This document shows positions 12,765 through 25,600 of a DNA stretch of 64,000 bases, piece after piece. Source of the stretch: Leptogorgia sarmentosa (Eukaryota); contig OZ210885.1 of the NCBI GenBank assembly GCA_964658305.1, forward strand, positions 2,728,001 through 2,792,000, in the 5' to 3' direction. The notes under the pieces are model-generated. The model worked only from the letters and a program-made list of their open reading frames with translations. It ran no database searches and had not been told where the DNA came from. The position numbers and the translations under genes are program-made. Each line of letters opens with the position of its first letter. Positions within the stretch are counted from its first letter, which is position 1.

Positions 12765-13625
12765 TGACAAAAGCGGAATAACGCAATAGCGAGAAGCGGC
12801 GGGAAATAGCTGTGTTTACATAATCTCACATCAACACTGCTGTTAGCCAATCCTTATCACTTACTTCCGGTTATTTTATAAATACTCAGAGTAACATCAC
12901 AATAATATTCTGCACATCACAACATCATCAACATTCCGATGCTCTCCCTATTTGTGATAGGTTCATCACTGTTGGAAAGCTACATCTTTCTACAATTTAC
13001 CCATTTCTAACATTCAAAAACGACTATGGTTCAAGAAGAAAGACGACACCGTGAATTCAGCGTGAAAGCAAATCATAATTAACTTCTTGAAATCGATTGA
13101 AACAGCTCGAAGATGGCCGAGATGTACCTCAAAACATGCTCTAAATTTCGCCCGAAAAGAGCTTTTTAATCATTTTCTTACTGTTGTCTAATGAATAAGC
13201 GATGAATAGTTTCAATCAAAAAACGAGCGAATGATATCTTGCCGAGCAAATTGCCTGCAAATTAATTTTGTGAACGTTATGCACGTAAGATCTTGTAAAA
13301 ATTTTTTACACTTTAAAGACACTTTTCCTTTAACAGGCAGATTTCGGGAAGTTATTCATCGAAATATTTCCAAGTGAACGTACATTGAGCACATGTTAGA
13401 ATTATTAGCAACAATCTATTTTTAAATTTCAATTATTTAGTTCAGGCGTTATTATTTCACCCACCTGCATATTATATGGATAATTCCATAAAGATTGTTA
13501 TACGATTTTTTTCAATGGTAAAAATTTATCCTATGAGCATTTTGCTTGATTGACATTTTCTTGTCTCCACCTGTTCGCAAGCTAGTTTAAACATGGAGTC
13601 TGTCTTTGCGAACTGATTTGGGGCA
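12765..13625 (+). repeat. Segmental duplicate of 32686-35005
   Basis: Colinear match (gacaaaagcggaataacgc..., ctacaatttacccatttctaacattcaaaaacgactatgg..., gtttaaacatggagtctgtctttgcgaactgattt). The 33-kb copy carries an extra LINE insertion. Confidence 0.8.
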
Positions 13626-15121
13626 GAGATTAATTTAGGAAATTCTCATTCAGGGGCGGATCCAGCAAAAAATCTGACTGTAGCAAATCGTAAGACTGCA
13701 CATAATTAGGGGTGTCCGGGGATATGCCCCCAAAAAATTTTGAAATTTGAACCCCGGAAATCCCATTTACTGCGTTCTGAGCATTGATTTTTGTGTATAA
13801 TTATTGTATGACTATGTCCAGCTTTATTATGGCTTATACAGGGTACTTAATCAACCTGTGCACAGCAGACGAGCTGTTGATATACCGCGACCATTTGTAT
13901 TAAATTTACATACGGTCGATTATAAATGGAAACAAGAAGCTCTGGCGAGCTTTCAGTCGCTTGGGGGAGTTTATGTAATACTAGGCAATTCTAGGCCATT
14001 CAACAATATACTTCTACTCGTCTAAGCCGGTAAGCCGAAGGACTTGCTGTTTCGAAGTCTATTGATGTAAAATTCCTTCGTAAAATTGTACAAATTTCCT
14101 CAAAAAATTAAAAATAGGTACACAAGGTGTACATGATCTGCGCCCATACTACCAGCTAGCGCGGTGATGCAAACTTGCGGCAACTATGCCGCTAGCAGAT
14201 AGCGCGACTGTTTTTCTGAAAATACTGTTTCCTAAAACGCGAGGTTGTGCGTTGAATACTTGATATAAGCTTTCATAAATATATCGCATTCCAAATATCA
14301 AATTTCAATGGCCAATGGAATTCAACTGGGCGATATACGATATGGCATATTTTAAAGGCCTCCTTCAACTTTATTGATGTTGTCGCGTCTTGCGATTGCT
14401 TTGCGAAATATGTGGCTTTCTAGTGACCAAGTTTTTTACCCTTTGTATAAAACCACTTACATACAACATAATTTATTATTCTGTCCATGTCGTGTTAAGA
14501 CACTTACTAAGATGCAGAATGTGAAGATTGCCTAAACTTTCGTATTTGAAGACTACACTTTACATTCTATCGGGGCAATGCAACATACCATGCTGCTATT
14601 TTGAATATTTTTCGAACTGTAATGGCACATTTACTGGGATTTATATTGTACAATGCAACCGCAATACTGCGAGAGAGGGTAAATTTACAGAATCGCAACT
14701 TCTAATTAGACGAAATAACATGCTGAGATTCATCCCCGAGCCACGGCGCGAAGCGCCGTCCGGGCGTTAGCCCGGGGCGAGGGTAATAATTCCGCATAGC
14801 GAGTCCAAAGTTGCTCGATTTGGCCGCCATTTTGGGTTACTGTGTATGGGTGGTCATCACTGATCTCAAAATTATGGTGGACTATCATGAAGAGCCGAAG
14901 TTTTTTAAAGCTTTTGTTCCTTTGGAAAGGGGAAAACAAAGACAAGACCTACGCTGTGAGACTTGGAAAGCCTCCTCAGAAGATATAAAACGCTGAGAAA
15001 GGGGAACAAACGGCTACGGATTGAAACACAAGATAAGTTCGTCAATATGTTGCCGGCAGTGAACTTTTGTTTTGCGTATTTACTATCTACAGTCTACTAT
15101 TTGTTATGAAAGGTCGCCGTA

Positions 15122-16455
15122 GCAATTTTCCGTTTCGTAAACCGCCAGGGTCACCAGTTACAATCAGTGTCACCACTTTTAACATACGTCACATCCGGCT
15201 TTAAATTTAGTAATACATGAAGTCCATTTATTCTTATAAATAGCCGCTTTTTAGCGGATTTTCAGCGAGCAAATTACACGCCTAAAAATTATGAGCCCAC
15301 TATCAACAGCATTGAACAATGTTGTGCTGCCGATATTGTTCACGCTTGTTAACAATGTTGAACAATGTTGTTGAGACTGAATCTGGTGTAACAATATTGC
15401 ATCAATGTTGTTGACAACTGCGAACAATGTGGGCAGCACAACATTGTTCAATCCTGTTTCATCAATGTTGCATCATGAGCGTTTTTAGCCGTGTACGAAC
15501 GTGTTGGTATGGGTGCTGTACTCGACATAGCTTAATTAATCGGAGCCGGGCGAAGGTTGCTTTCTCTTGCATAACTTCCGATTTGTTTCTTTTTGGAAAA
15601 ATTTAAAAACATTTTTTTAAAACCCTAAACTGCTTTAAGTGTTTAGAGTTTGACTGTTATAAGGTTAGGGTTAGCTTTAGCGTTTGGGTTTAGTTTAATT
15701 TATAAGAATAAATGACTTCATGTATTACTAAATTTAAAGCCGGATGTGACGTATGTTAAAAGTGGTGACACTGATTGTAACTGGTGACCCTGGCGGTTTA
15801 CGAAACGGAAAATTGCGGCGCCGACTGCGAGAAGATGTCGAACATTTAAAACCTTTAGTGCTGGAAACGACCATTTCAGAGTCCTAAGTCTAGTTCAAGT
15901 TCAGACTCAGTTAGTAAGTTGATACTTTACGTTAGGGCAAATATTGTTATATTGCAAGTGAAACAATACGCATGTGAAGGGAAAGATAGAGAGACATTCT
16001 TGGCTTCAAAAGATACGTAAATGTGAAGTAAATAATATCTTCGAAACTACACAGAATGTCAAATGCCATGTTTGGATACTGTCAAAGTTTATAAACACAA
16101 AGCGACGGCGGAGCATTTTGGGGATTGGTGGGGCTTTTGCGAGCGTGGAAGTCTGGAAGGTCTGAAAGAGCCATCGGGCTGTCTGAGAGCATGCCTCCGA
16201 GAACATTTTGAAATTCATCTATCTCTCTATCTATCTACGCGCCTTATCTATTCGCGCATAAAACAAACTTGACGAGTGCGACAACACCCTAAGTTTATAT
16301 CTTCAATTCTCAGAAGTCATTTATAGGCTTGCAGCGATAGTTTTCGTCTTTGTTTTCGCCCGTCGAAAGCTTTTAGTGTTCGCCCTTCATGACAATTTGC
16401 CATATTTTTGAGATTAGTGATGATAACTACTACGTTACACGAAACGGAAAATTGC
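15122..16455. mobile_element. Composite non-autonomous DNA transposon with a 9-bp TSD (MULE-like)
   Basis: Ends gcaattttccgtttcgt...acgaaacggaaaattgc flanked by the direct repeat gtcgccgta (15113-15121, 16456-16464). An internal ~100-bp inverted pair lies at 15122-15224/15714-15815. The paralogous empty site is at ~20668-20700. Confidence 0.75.
15277..15493. mobile_element. Small MITE with TA TSD, nested in the MULE-like element
   Basis: ta-cacgcctaaaaat...tttttagccgtg-ta, with repeated internal aacaatgttg motifs. Confidence 0.6.
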
Positions 16456-19400
16456 GTCGCCGTAGCCGCATTTAATCTATTCACGGCTCAATTCCAGAGT
16501 ATAAGTTTATCTTTTTAAAAGGCAAGACTTCGCAAAATATTTACAAATTTTACCCCAAAGAACACGAGCGAACATTGGCCGGAAATTGTTTCATATCAAA
16601 GACTGACTTAATTAAACCGTTTTATGCAAATAAATGTAGTATTTCGCACCAAATTCAAGTTTATATTAGTCCTAATAACGTACGGTAACAAATATTTTGA
16701 CTGTTTTCAAAAAATTTCAGAAATGATTATTGATTTTCCGATCGTGTTGCCATGACAACAACCTCAGGCAGCCTTTGAAGTACTTCATGTTCCAAAAATA
16801 TAGTTGCATTAATTGGTTAATAAGGCGATCGCGAGGGGTTGCTGCATATATGTATTTCTAGTATTGCGCAGTACAACCGCAATACTACGAGATCAAGTTT
16901 ACAGGATCTCAACTTCTACTGCGATGAAATAACACGCTGCCTTATAAACACTTGTATATACATGTGCAATTGTATATTTACTAGGACTTAGAAAGACAAA
17001 ATTGTTTGTCTAAACGTTCAAATTTCAACAGTACACTTCGCATTTTATCAGCAAAAACATTGCAACATCGCCTCCGCTTCTCCCACGGCCGCCATCTTGT
17101 CGTTCCAATTCAATATACTCAATTTCCTTAAATTCGTGACGTGTCATAATGGAAATTTGTGTACAACGGAGATTTGCGATTTGCGATCCGGTGCCGAAAC
17201 CTAGAGTCGCTGTGGGCACCAGTGCCCCAGCGACTAATTAATATTAAAAGTATTCAACGCGCACTGAATACGAAATTGATCTTCAACAGAAGATAAAATA
17301 TTATAGATTATTCATGACGAACCTGGCTTGCCTGACGGGGAAATGATTTTTGGCTCGCAACTGTTCGCTGACGGGGGACTGCAACTGCGCGAAATTACAA
17401 ACAAACAACTTTCAAATCAGCAGACAAAGCTTCTACACACACATCCCTAATCTCCATTAACTTCTGTGCCTTATCGCCGAAAGAAACTCGCTGACGTACA
17501 GTTAACTGAGTTAAGGCTAACAAAGCATTAGACGCCATGGCTGCCAAATAAACTGCTATATCAGAGATAGAAGAGCTATTCGACACTGTGAATTCACTGT
17601 GGCTATTAAACATCGCTCATAGGGGCAGCATAAGATTGCGCAACTGTATCTGACTGTAGCAAGCCATGGCCACTGTAGCAGAAATGCAGTATTCTGATTG
17701 GTTAGCTACAGTCGAACTGACGTAAATAACCCCGGCTGACTGTTGCAAAACTCATAGTAACCACCGCTGACTGTAGCAAAATCTCCAAGATCGTCAACCT
17801 CGTCCCCAGGGCTATTTGTGCGAGAACGCGCGAAATTAAATCCGAATTAATTTGGCATGCATGCGTAATTATATTTAGTTTTAGTATAAGGATCCCGGAG
17901 CGATAGTATCAGTTCCATTTGAAGGAAATTTCCTTCTGAAAGGATTTTTTGGCAAAATGAAGGAAATGGAAAGGAAATAATTTTTGAAAAAAATTTGAAG
18001 GAAATTGTAGAAAAATAAAGGAAAGTTGAAGGAAAATACAAAAATATCTTAAAATTAGTTAAATCTTGGAAATAAAGTGTATAATAAGTCTCAATTCGAT
18101 TTGCGGAAGCAGAGTAACCAGACAGGCAACCGCATAAGTCATAACCGCATTCTATCTACAGTATAGTATTAATAAATTCAAATTCTAAACCTTTCAAATT
18201 TCAAAGCAAAATGGACAATTCGTAAATTAAAAAAGGAACGTTCAAAAGACAAACGAAGGAACTTAGAGTCCATTAACCATTCTGCCTACGAAATCGATTC
18301 TGAAATTTTTCTTACGATGACATGTCATATTATGTAGCTACCAAACCTTGATCGATGTGTTAGTTCCTAGTTTCTTCATATTTGTCACTAAAAATTGGTT
18401 AAAATTGGCTGTAAGTAGTGTATAATTTATAGTAAATTACACATTTTCTTCGATGAGAGTTTGTTGAACACTGATTTTGAGAAGGAAATTTGAAGGAATT
18501 TTTGATATTTTTTGAACGAAATTCCGGTAAAAAAAGGAAAAAATTAATAAGGGAATTAATTAAAATTACCAAGTTCGGAAATGGAAGGATTGGTAGTATT
18601 TATATTTTATACACCAATAAATTCAGCACACAATAATTGTACAACAGTATTATTAGTATTAAAGATTTCGATATTTAACCAACTATATCTGGTATTTGCC
18701 AGAAATAACGTCCATAGTTTCGGTTTAAACGAAAGAAAGTGTATTGAAGACAAGCAGCGAGGTTTCGATTTCTTAGTTCTTCAATCGGGCTTCGGGAAAT
18801 CACTTCCGTTCAAACCTTTGGCGGACTTTTGGCCGGTGAAATTATGTCAAAACATTGTCTTTGTCGTATCTCCACTGCAATATTCCCGGAAAACAAGTTT
18901 CGCGGTTAAATAATCGTTTTTTGCAGTTGTTAATTTGATGTCCATTACCAGGCATTGCACGTCAAGTGTGTATTTACAAATTACAATTAACAACGATCAT
19001 GTATAATCATTATAACTAGACGCCTATCAGGCGTTCACTCGGGCTACATGAAGTTTATAAATGACGAACCCACTGGCAGTGCGCGTGGCATGACCATGAA
19101 ACCCACGCGTGAAACGATTCAACGAAGATTTTCATTGGTTCAAAGACATCGTGTCGCTCACGCGTGTTTTTTGCAAACTCGCGACCGAAAAAAAGGAAAA
19201 TCGAAGCCTAATTTTAAACTCGGTCTACCTACGGTAGCAGGTAGCCCAAGTAATTAATAACGACTCCTGCTAGCCGATGCTATTTTGCGCCTCCTCCCGC
19301 AAATAGCCCTGGGGACGAGGTTGGGGCACATAGTGCAGTCCATTCAATGGCGGAGACTGAAAGAGAAAAGTCTTTTTTTCTTTGGAATATTTTGGATTTG

Positions 19401-19692
19401 TTTTTTTAACGCATTCTGGATATACTATTTGGAGAATAGCATGTTTCGTTGAATAATTAGCAAGAAATTCACTATTAATTATACAGCAGCTAGCTACATC
19501 ATTCTTCCGGAAAAAAATCAAGGCTCCTATACAATAATTTTCCATTATTTTTTTGAAAACATTACATTAGATAGCATACACATGGTAAAACTTAACCTCT
19601 GCAACCTGGATGTTGCAAACAAAGTTCAAAATATTAGTAACCAGATAGGAAATGAAAAAGTAAGTACGACAGAATATTCAACTTAAAAGCAA

Positions 19693-22600
19693 TTAACTAA
19701 AGCTACATGTTTTGCAACAATTTTCCTCCATGTATCCTGCATATTTATGTCCTTGCTGACAATATCCACGGCTTTTCCCATATCGGCAAATCCTCTCAGT
19801 CTGCAGGTCAGCTTTACAACCTTCAGAAATAATGAGGACGATTATTCTACGCGTGAATCAACAATGCTATAGAGATTTTAAGGCCTTTACGCGTCGTAGC
19901 AATAAGGAAAAGAATAATGGAAATAAAAAAAGGAAAAATGGAGAGAATGCACTGAATTTTTACAACGATCACAAAACATGAGATCCACCTGGTATTACCT
20001 ATATTGAAGGGTTATTGACTGAGCGTTAAAATCTGTACTGTGAAATATCAGACCGGTTTTTTTTAATATGGACCGAGCGATGAAGGAGCGAGGTCAATGC
20101 GAACAGCCGAGGTCTGATGATCCACAGTACAGACCGAACAACCGAGGTCAATAATCTGTTTATTATATGGCTGAATTGAGTCTGAGCATATGCATTTCCC
20201 GCGAATTAAATCGGCTATCATCAGTTTCAATTGGTAACAGTACGTAAACACACATGCTCAATCGAAAAGAATTTGGTTGTTTGAAATTTTATCTTTAAAT
20301 GTGAAATGTGAAATCTGAAAATTAATTAGCAAAAATGTTTTCTGTTTGCAAAGCAAATTCCCGCCGGATATACGACAAGGCGCCGCAGGCGAGGGTACTA
20401 ATTCCTCACGACTATTTGTCCCCGGACAAAGTAAAGCATAGCGGATAGCGAATTTCAAAGCCATATCGCCACCAATTTGAGTTATTGATCAAAGTGTAAG
20501 GGAGGTCTTCACCGATCTTAAATATATGGCGGACTTTCAAGAGCTAACTGCTGCAAGAAAGTCACATAATCCCTTTTGGAAATCAGCTTTCGCTGAAAAG
20601 GCTAATGTGTTTAAATAAAGTTGATCACACTTCTGAGAAAATAGAAATTATGCGTAATTGCTATTTGTATGAAAGGTCGTCGAAGCCGCATTTTAATGTA
20701 TTCACGCTTTAATTCCACAGTATAAGTTTATTTTTCTAAATGCAAGACTTTACAAAATATTGACCTTCAAGAAATTAAATCAATCGAAGATTGGCTAGAG
20801 CCTAGAAATCGTTCCATTTCAGAACTTAACTTAAATATTTCATAACGTTTTGTGCAAATAATTGTACTTTTTCTCACAGTGGCCATTTTGAAGTTCATAA
20901 TTAATTTTATTACACATAATAATAACGTACGGACAACGAATGGTCCTCCAAATTAAAAGAAAAGGTCGACAATAAAACCAAGATAAAAGCTGATAATTTA
21001 TCCGTCTTGAAGAAATGTACAGGAATATGATTATATGAATTCCCGAATATAATAAATTACACAATTCCTTTATGACAGAGTACGTGCCGTATTTGAAATA
21101 GCTTGTTCTTTCGTAGATGCCCAAATTTTCAGGTAAATTTTTAGGACGGCAATGCCGAAACATAAACATGATAATTAATTTAGCTAATGAGCTTAATATG
21201 AAAAAGAAAACAAGGACCAAATATTAGCTGAGTGTGAACTTTGAAGTCTGTACTGGAAAGAAATGACTGAGGAGTTTTATCGCGAAGTCTGTTCGATAAA
21301 AATCGAAGCAATACATTCCCGTACAGACCGAGCAAACAGGTTATTGAAGGATTTATTATAATTATGGCTTTGTTCGATCGGAGTTTCTTTAATCGGCTTT
21401 GTATAGAAAGAACCAGAAACACTTTCACTGCTGAAACTTTTAGCCCTTTTTTCGCTATTTCCCTCCAGGCAATCTATATATAGATGCTTTGCGCTTCGCT
21501 AATCAAGTTCCCGGCTCGATTGGGAAAAGCCTAATTTACATCTTACAATACCTACCTGTGCCTGCGCCAGTCCCTGTGCCTGTCTCTGTGCCTGTCCCTG
21601 TGCAAGTGCCAGTGCCAGTCCCTGTGCCTCCCGTTGATCCGCAATACATTGTATTCGCTTGTGCAACATCACCCTCACTTAGTCCTTGCTTCTGTCCAAT
21701 ACTAGCACCATTTTTTGCAGTTATTGTTTTCTCTCCATTTTTTGAGAATGCATATGCACCATATTGCATTAAACTCGCGGTATCATACCCATGCGATTTG
21801 TCGTCTGTTCGACCGGTAAATTTTTCAAAATTATTATCCTTCCCTGAAAGGTTAACAAAATTTAACACATTCGTGTCAATGTATATATATATATATATAA
21901 TTATCATATTACATAGAGCATAATTATATAGGAGTTACCCGTTACCGTTGTTGTAAATTTCGTGATGCGAAAGCACTTTCGGAAGTTGAGAACATGAGGG
22001 TTTAGTCTACGGTAAAACACAGACCACAAGGCGTGTTTTTCTTTGTCCCACCATCATGTGTTTTTGGGTGAAAAATACATCTTGAGAACAGTGAAATAGC
22101 TTTGCCGAGTTCTCTGTCCTAAATTGGCGAGGTTCCGGTCGATTGCATTTGCACTGAGGTTGGTTTCACGTAGTTAGTTATTACAGTGCCGCTGAATTTC
22201 AGTCAGTTGTGAAATTAATCAAGCCAAATACTTAAGGGTAGTGCCAGCAATTCGCTAAGCTTTGTATAACAGAATGAAAGCACATAAGAGTATACTAAAT
22301 GTTGTTAGTAGAATCATACTCGTATACTATTGCAAATGCTGCAATTTGATTGGCTACTCTACTCGATATCTATTCCTCGATAGAAAGCGAGTAGCAAAAT
22401 ATGTGAATTTTCGTTCAAGAAAATGTCTTCTGAGGCGCGGTTTTGAATTATTTTTTGCAATATTTTCATGTTTGATCTCTGATTCTACTAAAACAATTAG
22501 ATTACTCGCTCTCGATTTCTACGAGATGATAGTTGATTCGGGCTTCGCCCTTATCAACTATCACCTCATAGAAATCTCGAGCTCGTAATCTAATTGTTAA

Positions 22601-25600
22601 TTACATAATATATAATAGTAGCTAAATTATAAAACTTTACCGGGTTCGATATTTTCCCAATGTATCGTTAGACATTCATCACGATCTGAGCGAGACTGTT
22701 CGTGCCAAAATCCCAAAGCATGGCCTAAAATACATTTTAAAGAAACAATTGAGCAAAAAGAACAGAAAGTTTGGAGAATTAATCACAGTTGCCTAACAGG
22801 TTAAATAAGTAAAATATATTTTAGCGCCACAAGACCGCAGCGTAAGACTTTCACAGGGAAGGTGAGCATCACCTTTACTGTAGTTCAAATATGCGACAGA
22901 CTGATAAAAATACCATTTCTTTTTTCATAGAAACTTAGAAGGTAGAAATAGAAAGAGGCTGCTAATCATGATCATGCGTGTTACTGTATTCAGAAAATTC
23001 ATTATATTCATTACTGATTTCCACATTATGATGTATATTTAGTAAACTGTGAAGTTTGGTTGCAAAATATCGTAAAATGTGGAAACTACATAATATTATG
23101 CAGTCATGTAAGCCCAGGTTGCAAAATTCCAAATTAAACTATTATTAAATTTTGGTTCCTTTTTCCAGGTGTGATAATGATATGACTGGTAATTAATATA
23201 ATTCCGAATTCAAAAGTTTGTCTAACTGTGCAATGGTCCGTTGATTTGATCGTAAATAAATGGACAACATTTTACGAACCGATTTCGTGAACAATAATTC
23301 CATGTTGCATACATCCTGGGTCAAGAGAAATCTCTTGCCGACGATTTTGGAAACCAACATATGACCGGCACCTGAATTGATATATAACAATCCTCGATTA
23401 GATCTTTGTTGTTCTTTATACGGTCGTTAATATTTGTTCTCTAATATTGATATGTGCTCTACGTACGCTTGCCATGACCTAACAGCGGAACTCACCCCAA
23501 TCCCGTAACAAAGACAATACATGCTTCGCAGCTGCTCAAACTTCGCAATTGTACGAAACGTAAACACGGAACCTTATCCATCCACTCTTCTGTTGCGTTA
23601 TAGATTAGTTGGTGATCTTTTGACGATGGAATCTCTGCATGAAAATGTAAGTATATATAAAAATTAAAATTTAGAACGCAAAATAGAAATCAAAATGACA
23701 ATTAAATCTACAAATCTTTAAAAAAAATCAAGAAGTAATAATGACATTCAAAGACTTAAATGTCTTCACAACTGTTCCCAGATTCTTAAAAACAAACAAA
23801 TATTAATGTAGTTCTAGGGCGATTATGAGAGACAGTATGTCTATACGGTATTGCTATTGCATATATACCACTGATTTGATTGATGAATTGTCTCGTGATA
23901 TCGAATAGAAAGTTCCATTTTTTGAATGTCGGCTCTCGTCTCGTTGAATAGAATATTCCATCGTTCACCTCATGAAAGTAATCTTACCATTGCACTCACA
24001 AACATTCATTATTTGTATACGTCACTTTAAAAAATGGCAGCTCTGAGTGCTTTAACGTGTTTCGGAAAAGGCGACAATCCATCACCAAAAGTGGGTTTCT
24101 CGCTAGACGGATTCTCTTATGGGTTTTTTTGGGTGACAAACTCTGGAAATATATCATTAAATTTCGAAAGTGATGAATTCCCTGCATTTTGAGGAATGCA
24201 TTCCACGGTTCCACCAGATTCAACGCCATTCCCTTTGGGATATCAAAAGCGCTTGATAAGGATGTCTTTGAATTTATTAGGAAAATTTTGTGTGGTGTAG
24301 AACGAATTTGGCTGATTTTCAGCTTCAATGTAATAGCTGATAAATGTATTAATCACAATTAACGTAGAGAACAGCTATGGAAACATACACTACCATTCAC
24401 GTGATCGATATTTTATATATTTATACAGTATATTTGCACTGGACAACCTTCATATCCATTCAAACTTCCTATCTTGATACAACCATTACCACAATGCAGC
24501 GCGATCGACTTTTTTACTGTGATGGACTTGACCCTATAGCTGTGCAAATAAATTTTATTCAAATTTAGAAGATGGCTTACGTGACGAGATGTAATAAGGT
24601 ATTTCGTGTTTGCCATTCTTTTCAGGCCAAATATCGCCTTTGTAGTTTGAGGCCGCCCCACGTTTCCGATTTTCAATCATTTCTTTCGACGATTTTGTCA
24701 AGATGATGTCTCCCTCAAAATATCCTTTCTTATTTCCTGAAAAATGTTTTTTTATTGTTGAGCGCTTGTCAACATAATGAGGACTCATACAAAGCCGGTT
24801 TTCCACTTGCGAATTTTGTCGCGAGAATCGGATTTTTTCGTGGCAAAATAGTTCGCGCGAATAACTCTTTGTTTCGACTTTGAAGTCTACGTACGTCGCG
24901 ACTTTTTTCGCCATGAAAAAGAGCGAACGGGTAGAAATCATTCGAACTCCTTTTTTTACCGTAGCGAACGATTCGAGAATTTTATCGCGATATAACATTT
25001 ATGAACACGCATGCGCGAGAGGGAAAAAATCGCTTCGCGCGACAAAATTCACAAGTGGAAAATCGGCTTAACAGTCCCCTGCATTTCAATATTTCGTGCG
25101 AAAAAAACCGGGTTTAGCCATAGGGAACCCAAATAGTTACGCACGTCAGGTTAATTCCGCGCGAGTTCAGATGCGTGACATTCTCGCTTGTTCGGAAAAC
25201 AAAGAATGATTTGTTTTGACTGTGTTTACATTGCGTGAAAAGATTGGGGCCGATACTGCATATTTTGACTTAAAATTTCCGGCCGGAAGTAGCCTTCCAG
25301 TTTTATTTAGTTCAATGGCGGAGTCCAAAGTTGCTCGATTTGGCGGCCAGCAGAAAAAATTTTTGGGATCACTTCGCGGCTTGGTTACTAAGCATTCATT
25401 TCATTTACATTACGTATTGCAAAATTTTATTCATATAAAAGGTTTTTACCGCCAAATTTGTCGAGCTTCGTTAACTCAGACGATATGGTCACGACTCGCC
25501 AGTAGCGACCCTGCAGGTTGATAATATAAACATTTAATAGATGATTAAATGTTTATAATCATCAATTATGTTTGCAGGCAGAGCGCCAGAGCTGGAAATA

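Noticed and set aside
18581..18913. 110-aa ORF containing GFGKSLPF...IVFVVSPL
   Set aside because: It faintly recalls a helicase Walker A region but is short, lies in a repeat duplicated at ~7.0-7.2 kb with a disrupted frame, and has no further motifs. At most a decayed repeat fragment.
21536..21555. Astacin A ending by read-through at the stop at 21536 (and B at 38806)
   Set aside because: A GT donor at the same position in both paralogs and an in-phase downstream Cys-rich exon favour splicing.
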